DNA of 15,372 bases from Candidatus Hydrogenedentota bacterium (GCA_046583315.1 JAYGCN010000163.1:1-15372); one strand, 5' to 3'. Positions 1 to 7,511 are shown, numbered from the stretch's first letter. Made by a program: numbers and translations. The notes: generated from the letters alone by a model not told the origin.

Positions 1-443
1 ATGAGAAAGGCTGCAAAAGGATTCGCGGAGGAGGTGGGAAAGCTGACCGGGACTATTTTGTGTCCTTGGGCTTCAGGATCCAAACCGTTTTGTAGTTCAG
101 TTTACCGAAGGAATAACCAACAGGAGTGCGTAGCCTACGCTCGATCATAAACCCCTGCGTTTTGGACAGCCACAACGCCTGAATACGCGATGTCGTTTTG
201 ATCCGACCGCGCCGATGTAATTGTGTTGTACTCTCGGCAAAAATGTCATTCATTGGTTCACTAATCCATTTCAAGTTCTACTTCAATAGTTCCCCATACC
301 CAATTGTACATAAAATAGCCCGGAATCCATACATTTTTAGGCCTCCACGTAAAAAATTGATCCCATATTTACTGGAATAGTTCCATAATTTTACAAGTTT
401 TTTCAGTATGGTAGAACTATTTCCCCCAGGAAAGCCCGAAAAT

Positions 444-2000
444 CTACGTTGTGATGTTAAATGCCTCAGTATCATAAGCCTCGGTGCTGGTATCAACCAT
501 ACGACGACGAATCAAGCCTGAATCAAATTCTTTGGGCGTAAGCGTGGGATAGTCGTTGTTAAAACAGCCAAGGCAGAATTGCTCCTTGGAAACCCCGGTC
601 GCATCCACAAGGCCCTCAATGGACTGAAATGCGAGGCTTTCCACCCCGAGATGTTCCCGCATCTCCTCCACTTCCATGTTGTACGCAATCAATTTCTCCT
701 TATCCGGAGTGTCAATCCCGTAGTGACATGAATTAATGATCGGCGGACAACTGATCCGGAAATGTATTTCTTTCGCACCGCAACGATTCAGCATCTTCAC
801 GATTTTTTTAGCCGTGGTTCCGCGCACGATACTGTCATCAATCAGTATGATCTTCTTTCCTTCAATGGCACTCCGGGAGGGATTGAGTTTGATTTTTACA
901 CCGAAGTCGCGAATATGCTGATCCGGCTCGATAAACGTACGGCCAACATAGTGATTCCGGATAAATCCCATATCGAAGGGAATTCCAGACTCGTGCGCAT
1001 AACCGAGCGCCGCCGGATTCGAGGAGTCCGGTACAGCCATGACCAGATCGGCTTCCACCGGTTGAACCTTGGCAAGATTGGCACCGAGTTTTTTGCGCAC
1101 GACATCTACGCTTTGACCGAAGATATAGCTGTCCGGCCGGGCGACGTATACGTACTCAAAAATACACGAACGGGCAACAACTGGTTCAAAGGGATGGAAC
1201 GATTCAACGCCACTATCCGAAATACAAATCACTTCGCCAGGTTCAATTTCGCGTACCCAGTCGGCATCAATAATATCCAGAGCACACGACTCGCTGGCCA
1301 ATATATGCGCGTCACCCAGTTTCCCGAGCCACAGTGGGCGTATTCCGTGAGGGTCACGGCCAGCAACGATCACATCCCCGTTGGTAGCCAAAATCGAAAA
1401 TGCGCCGATCACTTTTTTGAGTGCCTCGGTTACGCAATCAACGAACTGTTCTTCTTTCGATCGTGCGATCAGCTGGATGATGACTTCACTGTCGGTGGTG
1501 GACTGAAAAATCGCGCCATCGTCTTCCAACTGCTCACGCAATTTCTTGGCGTTTACAAGATTTCCGTTGTGACCCAGTGCCATCGATCCCCGGGCGTAGT
1601 CTACCGGAAGCGGCTGCACATTCTTCAGATCGCTCGTGCCAAACGTAGAGTACCGTACATGCCCTATCGCCATGTTACCCCGCAGGCGTGCCAGTTTGTG
1701 CGGTTTGAATACCTCCGATACCCGACCAATTCCTCGATGGGCTTTGAGTTGCCCCGCATCGTTCACGACGATACCGGCACCTTCCTGTCCACGATGTTGC
1801 AAAGCATACAGCCCAAGATAGGTCAGCGTGGCAGCTTCTTCATGACCGAAGACTCCAAATATTCCACACTCGTCCTGCAAATGGTCATCGGTTTTTCGGC
1901 GATAGTAAGCCTCAGGAAGATTGTCGATGTGTTTCGCGAGTTCCTTACACGGAATCGGTTCTTCGCCAAAGTGAAAATCGTCGGACTCAATTGCCATCAT
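444..2000 (-). CDS. purF: Amidophosphoribosyltransferase (B. subtilis-like type with propeptide and Fe-S cysteines)
   Basis: Ntn nucleophile ECGIFG, QHRGQE, GHVRYST, HNGNLVN, PRPP-binding LIDDSIVRGTT. Cysteines in SCIFEYVY, SCHYGID and FCLGCF match the 4Fe-4S ligand pattern. ATG overlaps the purC stop (TAATG, 2002-1998). Confidence 0.98.
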   Translation of the reverse strand: MMAIESDDFHFGEEPIPCKELAKHIDNLPEAYYRRKTDDHLQDECGIFGVFGHEEAATLTYLGLYALQHRGQEGAGIVVNDAGQLKAHRGIGRVSEVFKPHKLARLRGNMAIGHVRYSTFGTSDLKNVQPLPVDYARGSMALGHNGNLVNAKKLREQLEDDGAIFQSTTDSEVIIQLIARSKEEQFVDCVTEALKKVIGAFSILATNGDVIVAGRDPHGIRPLWLGKLGDAHILASESCALDIIDADWVREIEPGEVICISDSGVESFHPFEPVVARSCIFEYVYVARPDSYIFGQSVDVVRKKLGANLAKVQPVEADLVMAVPDSSNPAALGYAHESGIPFDMGFIRNHYVGRTFIEPDQHIRDFGVKIKLNPSRSAIEGKKIILIDDSIVRGTTAKKIVKMLNRCGAKEIHFRISCPPIINSCHYGIDTPDKEKLIAYNMEVEEMREHLGVESLAFQSIEGLVDATGVSKEQFCLGCFNNDYPTLTPKEFDSGLIRRRMVDTSTEAYDTEAFNITT

Positions 2001-2890
2001 TAAAACTCCGTGCCGCCGGTAATCAATCGATACGCTTCCACATATTTTTCTCGTGTCTTCTCAATAATATCATCGGGGAGCGGCGGAGGGGGAGAATTTT
2101 TATCCCAATCCTGCGTTTCCAGCCAATCCCGCACGAATTGTTTATCATAACTGGGCTGCCCGTGGCCCGGATTGTACTGATTTGCGGGCCAAAAGCGCGA
2201 TGAATCCGGTGTCAACACTTCGTCAGCCAAGATAAGTTCATCGCCTATCGTGCCAAACTCGAACTTGGTATCGCAGAGGATAATCCCCCGCGTCGCCGCA
2301 TAATCCCGGCCCGTTTCGTACACTTTGAGCGCGGCTTCCGAAGCAGCTGTGTTCCACTTCTCACCAATAATCTTCGCCGCTTCTTCGGGATGAATGTTGA
2401 TGTCATGCCCGTCGGTTGCTTTAGTCGCCGGCGTGTAGAGTGGTCGTTCAAGTTTGTCCGACTCCACGAGGCCCTTGGGCAACTCAATATCGCAAACCGT
2501 GCCCTTCTCCTGATACTCCTTCCAGCCACTACCTGCGAGGTATCCGCGAATCACAAATTCCACCGGAAACATTTCACATTTCTTGACCAGCATCGAGCGA
2601 CCCTCGAATTGATCGGCCGCATCCTGAAAGTCCTGCGGGAAATCCTTGAGATCCATTGAGATGACGTGGTGTGGAATGATGTCGGCCATCATGTCGAACC
2701 AAAACATCGACATATGGGTGAGGATTTTTCCCTTGTCCGGAATCCCGACGGGTTCCACCCAATCGAAAGCGGAAATCCGATCCGTCACGGCAATCACCAT
2801 TGAATCGCCTAAATCATACATGTCGCGCACCTTACCGCGGGCCGACGGCTCACGATTCGGTAAATTCGTTTCCAACAATGCCTTCGACAC
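2000..2890 (-). CDS. purC: SAICAR synthetase
   Basis: GKVRDMY, TDRISAFD, VEFVIRGYLAGSGW, DTKFEFG, DEVLTPDSSRFW, SYDKQFVRDW. Start moved from 2980 to GTG 2890, which follows GGGGGATGTATA (SD-like) and gives a normal 296-aa protein. Confidence 0.97.
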   Translation of the reverse strand: MSKALLETNLPNREPSARGKVRDMYDLGDSMVIAVTDRISAFDWVEPVGIPDKGKILTHMSMFWFDMMADIIPHHVISMDLKDFPQDFQDAADQFEGRSMLVKKCEMFPVEFVIRGYLAGSGWKEYQEKGTVCDIELPKGLVESDKLERPLYTPATKATDGHDINIHPEEAAKIIGEKWNTAASEAALKVYETGRDYAATRGIILCDTKFEFGTIGDELILADEVLTPDSSRFWPANQYNPGHGQPSYDKQFVRDWLETQDWDKNSPPPPLPDDIIEKTREKYVEAYRLITGGTEF

Positions 2891-3055
2891 TATACATCCC
2901 CCAAACTCAAATCGATATATCGCGTGTAACCGTTGCTTAACAAACCCGATCGCAAACAGAAAAGCACTGTCTCTCAGCAAATTTCCTGGCTGGATTGGTA
3001 TTTTTCAAGGAATTTCGTAGGCGCAACCCTGGGTCGAAATCCCCTTGAGGCCCGA

Positions 3056-3084
3056 ATGATACTTACTCAACAACGGAATGTCAA
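3056..3084 (-). promoter_or_regulatory. sigma70-type promoter for purC-purF
   Basis: Minus strand TTGACA (3084-3079), 17-nt spacer, TATCAT (3061-3056). Predicted TSS near 3049. Confidence 0.75.
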
Positions 3085-3211
3085 TTCAACATCATTTTTC
3101 ATTTTTCCGAAAGCCATTTCTACTTTTGCGTCAATTTCAGGCATAATACCCTGTAGTCTGTAATGACGCTAATGCACAACATCCAAAAAGCCAGGGGGAA
3201 TCGAAATCGGT

Positions 3212-3970
3212 ATGCTCAGTGTTATCCTGACACTATTCGCATTGCTTCTTCTCATTCCCTACGTCGGCTGGGGCATCTACGTCCTTCGCAGAAAGCTTAT
3301 CTTTCACGAAGACTTTCATCGCTCCGTTCAATGGGGCACCCTGGTCGGAGTCATTCTCTTTCTCGTCATCGAAATGAAGATCGTTCAGGTTCCCTTGGGT
3401 GCGCAGTCCGGCCTCTATACCCTGACAACGCTCGCACTGCTGATGTCCACCACCGCATTGTACGGGCATCTGTTCGTATCCATGTTCTCGCAACTCATCG
3501 TGGACATTATTCACCCGCCCGTAGAGCAACCCGCAGAGCGACCAGACTTTGCCGCCGCTGAGGCCCTCGAAGAAATAGGCGACTACACCGGCGCCCTGAA
3601 TGAATACATGGTCATAGCGCGAATTTTTCCAAGAGACGTTGACCCGATTGTTAAAATCGCGGAGACCCATCTTGAACTCAACGACATCGATGAGGCCGTG
3701 CGTTACTTTGAAATGGGTCTGAAGAAAATCGACGAACCCCAGCACGCCCTGGGAATTACAAATCGACTCTTCGGCCTCTACCATGGAATTTTGAATTCCG
3801 GCGACAAGGCCAAGGATGTACTCAATCGCTACCTGGACCGTTTTCCGGAATCCGAATATGCGGATTCGGTTCGGGGGCGACTCGAACGCCTCGATGCAAT
3901 ACCCGAACCAAAACCATTCAAATCGGTCACGGACCTTCTGGAGCCGCCTCCAAGCGATCTGTTGCGATAA
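3212..3970 (+). CDS. Membrane protein with about three N-terminal TM helices and a C-terminal TPR-like helical domain
   Basis: Three hydrophobic stretches in the first ~100 aa, then TPR-like helices (GDYTGALNEY, IDEAVRYFEMGL, AKDVLNRYLDRFPESEYAD). Confidence 0.8.
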   Translation: MLSVILTLFALLLLIPYVGWGIYVLRRKLIFHEDFHRSVQWGTLVGVILFLVIEMKIVQVPLGAQSGLYTLTTLALLMSTTALYGHLFVSMFSQLIVDIIHPPVEQPAERPDFAAAEALEEIGDYTGALNEYMVIARIFPRDVDPIVKIAETHLELNDIDEAVRYFEMGLKKIDEPQHALGITNRLFGLYHGILNSGDKAKDVLNRYLDRFPESEYADSVRGRLERLDAIPEPKPFKSVTDLLEPPPSDLLR

Positions 3971-4355
3971 TCAAATTCTCAACCCCCGCCTTACGCAATA
4001 TATCGATAGCGCTCACAATCGGTTGCCAATCCGCATCCGCATCCGCACTGAGCACAACCTTGGCATCCGGATCACTTTCGATGAGAGCGGTCAAGTGAGC
4101 GCGCAAGGCATCCTCCTCAACGACCGCCTCCCCCATTCGATAAACGCCATCCTGCGTGACGACAATCTCAGTATAGTCCAGCGATTGCGCTGAACCAGTG
4201 CCCGCACGCGGAAGCGTAATCTCAATGGCCTCGTCGTCCTTGAAGGTAGACGAGACCATGAAGAAAATCAGCAACAGGAACATCACGTCAATGAGAGAGG
4301 TTATGTTGATACTGGGTTTGCGTTTCCGACCCGTTGCCCCGAATGCCTGATTCAT
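3927..4355 (-). CDS. exbD: ExbD/TolR family biopolymer transport protein
   Basis: INITSLIDVMFLLLIFFMV TM segment with the conserved Asp, then ITLP, VVLSAD and DILRKAGV. AGGAG lies 6 nt before the ATG. The 3' end overlaps the convergent TPR-like gene by 44 nt. Confidence 0.92.
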   Translation of the reverse strand: MNQAFGATGRKRKPSINITSLIDVMFLLLIFFMVSSTFKDDEAIEITLPRAGTGSAQSLDYTEIVVTQDGVYRMGEAVVEEDALRAHLTALIESDPDAKVVLSADADADWQPIVSAIDILRKAGVENLIIATDRLEAAPEGP

Positions 4356-4409
4356 TTCATACTCCTGTCCACTACCTTCTACTCCATTCTAGTTCTTTTC
4401 ACACCTTTA

Positions 4410-4438
4410 TTGCATCATTCGGATTTATGAGGTACTAT
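4410..4438 (+). promoter_or_regulatory. Possible sigma70-type promoter for the response regulator gene
   Basis: TTGCAT (4410-4415), 17-nt spacer, TACTAT (4433-4438) in an AT-rich divergent gap. Confidence 0.45.
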
Positions 4439-4493
4439 TAATTACGAGTGAGTAACCCAGGCCATTGGCCTGCATTTGGAGACTGGATACCCA

Positions 4494-5438
4494 ATGGGAC
4501 GGAAAGCCAAGATCTGTGTCGTGGACGATGAACCGGCACTGACCGATGTACTCTGCGAGGACCTGAACGCCCACGATTTCGACACCCATGCCAGCAATTC
4601 CGGCTCCCATGCGCTCCAGATCTGCAAGGAACACGACATCGACCTCGTGCTTTTGGATCTCACAATGCCCGAAATGAGCGGCTTCGATGTCTGTAAAGCA
4701 CTCAAATCGGACCCCGAAACCCAAGATATCGTAATAATCTTTATGACCGCCAAGGGACAGCCCGAAGATCACGAAATGGGCTTTGACCTCGGTGCCGTGG
4801 ATTACATCACCAAACCATTCAACCTGCCCATGGTCATCGTACGCGTCGAAGCGGCCCTGCGCATGCGGCCAAATCAGCAGTCCGATGCGCTGGATTTGGA
4901 CCTGCTCGGCTCGACAACCCTCACCGATCCACTAACTGGTCTGCACTCGCAACATTTCCTCATGGATCGTTTTCAGGAAGAAATCGACCGTTCCAGCCGT
5001 TACAATTTCCCCGTTTCATGCGTCATTTTCGACGTGGACACCATGCACGCACGCAACGATGAGCAAGGTGCCGTGGAAATCATCGATTTACTGCCCGAAG
5101 TCGCCATGGAGATACGCAGTTTCACCCGTTCCTACGACATTCTCGCGCGCTTTGAGGGCACCCTTTTTGTCGCCGTACTGCCCCACACCGACCTGGACCA
5201 GGCATTGGAATATGGCATCAAAATTATGCAGGATATCGATGCCACCACATTCTCAGACCCCAATTTCCCCACCAAAGTAGCTGTCAGCGTTGCCGTTACG
5301 ACCCTTCAAGCCGGCGTCATCGGAACCGCCGAGCGCGCATTCGGCGAGACCATGAAAACACTGCTCCAGGCCAAAAGCCAGCCGCGCCCCAATCGTATCA
5401 AAGGCTACTCACTGGTCGCCGAAACGCAATCCGCCTAG
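4494..5438 (+). CDS. Response regulator: REC domain plus degenerate GGDEF domain
   Basis: Intact REC residues (VVDDE, LLDLTMP, FMTAK, YITKPF), then TDPLTGL, FDVD and RSYD-ILARF-EGTLF where GGDEF is expected. ATG 4494 is preferred over TTG 4476, with GGAG at 4478-4481. Confidence 0.92.
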   Translation: MGRKAKICVVDDEPALTDVLCEDLNAHDFDTHASNSGSHALQICKEHDIDLVLLDLTMPEMSGFDVCKALKSDPETQDIVIIFMTAKGQPEDHEMGFDLGAVDYITKPFNLPMVIVRVEAALRMRPNQQSDALDLDLLGSTTLTDPLTGLHSQHFLMDRFQEEIDRSSRYNFPVSCVIFDVDTMHARNDEQGAVEIIDLLPEVAMEIRSFTRSYDILARFEGTLFVAVLPHTDLDQALEYGIKIMQDIDATTFSDPNFPTKVAVSVAVTTLQAGVIGTAERAFGETMKTLLQAKSQPRPNRIKGYSLVAETQSA

Positions 5439-5458
5439 ACTAAACCAAACCATTTTCC

Positions 5459-5499
5459 AATAAGAACGCCCACCCTCGCCGAAAACGAAGGTGGGCGTT
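5459..5499 (-). terminator. Intrinsic terminator-like hairpin, possibly bidirectional
   Basis: Minus strand AACGCCCACCUUCG-UUUUCGG-CGAGGGUGGGCGUU forms a 14-bp stem with one G-U pair (a C-A mismatch on plus), followed by CUUAUU. On plus the stem is followed by UGGUUU, downstream of the regulator stop. Confidence 0.75.
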
Positions 5500-5528
5500 T
5501 GGTTTCCAGATTGTTCCTGCCATCATGG

Positions 5529-5621
5529 TCAGGAGTCAGGTACACCTCCCTGTAGTGTTCCCCCGCTCCAAAAAGCGGGCGATCTTACTATGATGCAGGT
5601 ATATAAACCCGGACTATCCAT
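5529..5621 (-). CDS. Putative 30-aa protein MDSPGLYTCIIVRSPAFWSGGTLQGGVPDS
   Basis: AAAGGAGGT (5639-5631) lies 9 nt before ATG 5621. Stop TGA at 5531-5529. No homology recognised. Confidence 0.4.
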   Translation of the reverse strand: MDSPGLYTCIIVRSPAFWSGGTLQGGVPDS

Positions 5622-5704
5622 AGACAGACCACCTCCTTTCCAGGCCACAGTGCGCGTCCAGAGCTCCCACCACAGATGCCCCTCGTCGCTCCATGTCTGA
5701 CAAC

Positions 5705-5733
5705 AATTAAGCACATATGCACACATTTTGCAA
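5705..5733 (-). promoter_or_regulatory. Weak candidate promoter for the 5460-5700 unit
   Basis: TTGCAA (5733-5728), 17-nt spacer, TTAATT (5710-5705), preceded by TGn. The -10 match is poor. Confidence 0.3.
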
Positions 5734-5810
5734 GAAGAAAATTGACGGAGGTGCATTTTTGGCACAAATGGCGGAATAGTCGGTCAAATACCGAGTAGCG
5801 CGATACCCTG

Positions 5811-5851
5811 AACTAAACGATGGCTGCCAGGAATTACCCTGACAACCATCG
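5811..5851 (-). terminator. Intrinsic terminator after the cytochrome c gene
   Basis: Minus strand CGAUGGUUGUCAGG-GUAAUU-CCUGGCAGCCAUCG forms a 14-bp stem with two G-U pairs, followed by UUUAGUU, about 30 nt after the stop at 5883. Confidence 0.7.
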
Positions 5852-5882
5852 ATACAAAATTAGACTCGAATTGTGATTCTTA

Positions 5883-7511
5883 TTACATATCCGATCCGGA
5901 AAGACTCTTCAGGAATTCCATAATCGCCGCGCGCTCATCATTCGTGAGCGTGTCGCCGAAGGTGTGCCCCATGTTGCCGCGACCGAATCCTTCAGTGTCG
6001 TAGATGAACATTTGATCAAGGGACGCTCTGCTTTTGTAGGTAGCCTTCGCCGCTTTTTCGGCACTGGCATCGAATTCCATTCGGGACATCGGCGTGAATT
6101 CCAATCCGATACTCTCCAAGTCATACTCGTACGGACTCTGCTCGCGTGACCAAATTTCGGGACGCAGTTTCGAGTTCAGCACGGCTTCCACCGTCGGTAC
6201 GGAGCCGTTGTGGAAGTACGGCGCCGTCGCCCAAACACCTACGAGTGGCGGAGGAACGTACCCCTTTCCTTCCAGATGGTCAAAAACAGGCGCCAGTTCA
6301 GGTTTTTCTTGAGCTAAGTAATAGTCCTTCATTTTATTGATGTGCTCGGAGATGGGGCGCAAGGCCTGAACGACTTCATTGTAAGTGCCGTCCGTGCGTA
6401 CTTTCTTGAGTTCCTCTCCTTCATAGGCGACATTCCAGGAGCCCGGCTTAGTGAAATCAGCATCGGGTAATTTCTTCGTGTAGGTCCCGTGGCATTCGAA
6501 ACAAGCCTTGAACGCCGTTGCATCCGAGGGTTCTATGCGCCCGTGGAACAGGTCAGCACCTCGTTGAACCAATCTGGCATCAAGTGATTTTGGAAAAACA
6601 GGAGATTGCGTTTCACGTGCAAAGGCCAAGGCTTTGGCGGTCGATGCCACATGCGATTCGTGCATATCGTTCGCGTTCGCCTGCGAACCCGTAAAATTGA
6701 ACGAGAAATGAGCGGCGTCGGTAGGTGCTCCATCGCCGTACCAGTAATCACGCGTCTTGTACTTCATCAACCACCAGGGCATGGGGTCAACGGGCGGAAT
6801 TTTGGTCACTTCAATCAGGTCGGTAAGTTCAGTTTTATCACGACTCACGACAAGTCCCTTGTTTGCAGGGTCTTCCAGCTGCGCGCCATGCGCCCAAACA
6901 GCAAAGGGTCCATAGTTGTCACCACGATTCGTGACTTCAGCAATGGGCGAACTCACACCGCGTCCTGTCGCCATCAAAGCCATCATCACTTTTTTCTCGG
7001 CCGGAGTCTTCAATGCTGCGGCCATGGCCATCATGTTCGGACCCTCGGTGCCTTCGGGGCGCGGAGGGCGTTGCATCACATTGTTGTTACCCAGTCCCGC
7101 GACGACTTTTCCATCCACCACACCCGCGTGACAACCGAAACAATTACCGCCAGCAAGTAACACACCGTCCCGCTCAAATACGACCTGACCCAGAGAAACA
7201 CTGTCATCGACGTTCCGATTCGGAGGCGAAGGGAGCGTGCCCGAGCTATAGAGTTGACCTTCAACACTGCTCGGGTCATAGCCAAGTTCATCTTTCTTGG
7301 CAACATCAGCCGCCGTCATCGCTTCCGCAAGGGTCAGCGGAACGGCCTGATAAAACATACGACCCGAATAGATTTCTTCCAACCCATCTTGCGCCTCAGC
7401 GGATAGCGATGATTCATCGAATCCGATAAATTGAAACGCTTCTGCGGCGTATCCAGATGCAGGGACGAGACCGAGTAGCAATCCTGTTGCGAGTTTGCCT
7501 GTAAGCTTCAT
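5883..7511 (-). CDS. Secreted di-heme c-type cytochrome, RoxA-like (CCP/MauG superfamily)
   Basis: CFGCH (7142-7128), CFECH (6503-6489), PPLVGVWATAPYFHNGSVPT and C-terminal YDT...GNMGHTF...EFLKSL. Sec-type signal ending GYA-A. ATG 7511 has GGAG 9 nt upstream; ATG 7526 is the alternative. Confidence 0.85.
   Translation of the reverse strand: MKLTGKLATGLLLGLVPASGYAAEAFQFIGFDESSLSAEAQDGLEEIYSGRMFYQAVPLTLAEAMTAADVAKKDELGYDPSSVEGQLYSSGTLPSPPNRNVDDSVSLGQVVFERDGVLLAGGNCFGCHAGVVDGKVVAGLGNNNVMQRPPRPEGTEGPNMMAMAAALKTPAEKKVMMALMATGRGVSSPIAEVTNRGDNYGPFAVWAHGAQLEDPANKGLVVSRDKTELTDLIEVTKIPPVDPMPWWLMKYKTRDYWYGDGAPTDAAHFSFNFTGSQANANDMHESHVASTAKALAFARETQSPVFPKSLDARLVQRGADLFHGRIEPSDATAFKACFECHGTYTKKLPDADFTKPGSWNVAYEGEELKKVRTDGTYNEVVQALRPISEHINKMKDYYLAQEKPELAPVFDHLEGKGYVPPPLVGVWATAPYFHNGSVPTVEAVLNSKLRPEIWSREQSPYEYDLESIGLEFTPMSRMEFDASAEKAAKATYKSRASLDQMFIYDTEGFGRGNMGHTFGDTLTNDERAAIMEFLKSLSGSDM

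Larger units (their letters stand above)
5459..5699 (-). ncRNA. Candidate GGA-rich small RNA (CsrB/RsmZ-like) or small-protein mRNA
   Basis: 11 GGA triplets on minus between 5505 and 5692, several in small hairpins. Terminator hairpins flank the region and a weak promoter lies upstream. Confidence 0.4.

Noticed and set aside
1..149. Plus-strand ORF starting at base 1
   Set aside because: Short, upstream context is missing and no recognisable motif.
762..2003. 413-aa plus-strand ORF, and similar long antisense ORFs at 6606-7160, 9114-9782, 11457-11993, 13043-13849 and 13695-14468
   Set aside because: They lie antisense to clearly recognisable genes, have no motifs, and are the expected shadows of codon bias.
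2891..2980. 30-aa N-terminal extension of PurC in the ORF track
   Set aside because: Homology-like sequence starts at GTG 2890, which has an SD-like element. The extension lies in the predicted 5' leader.
5627..5640. GACCACCTCCTTTC as a 16S rRNA 3'-end fragment
   Set aside because: The similarity covers only the anti-SD and no other rRNA sequence flanks it. It is better read as an SD on the minus strand.
5760..5776. TGGCAC as a sigma54 -24 element
   Set aside because: No TTGC -12 element at the required spacing.
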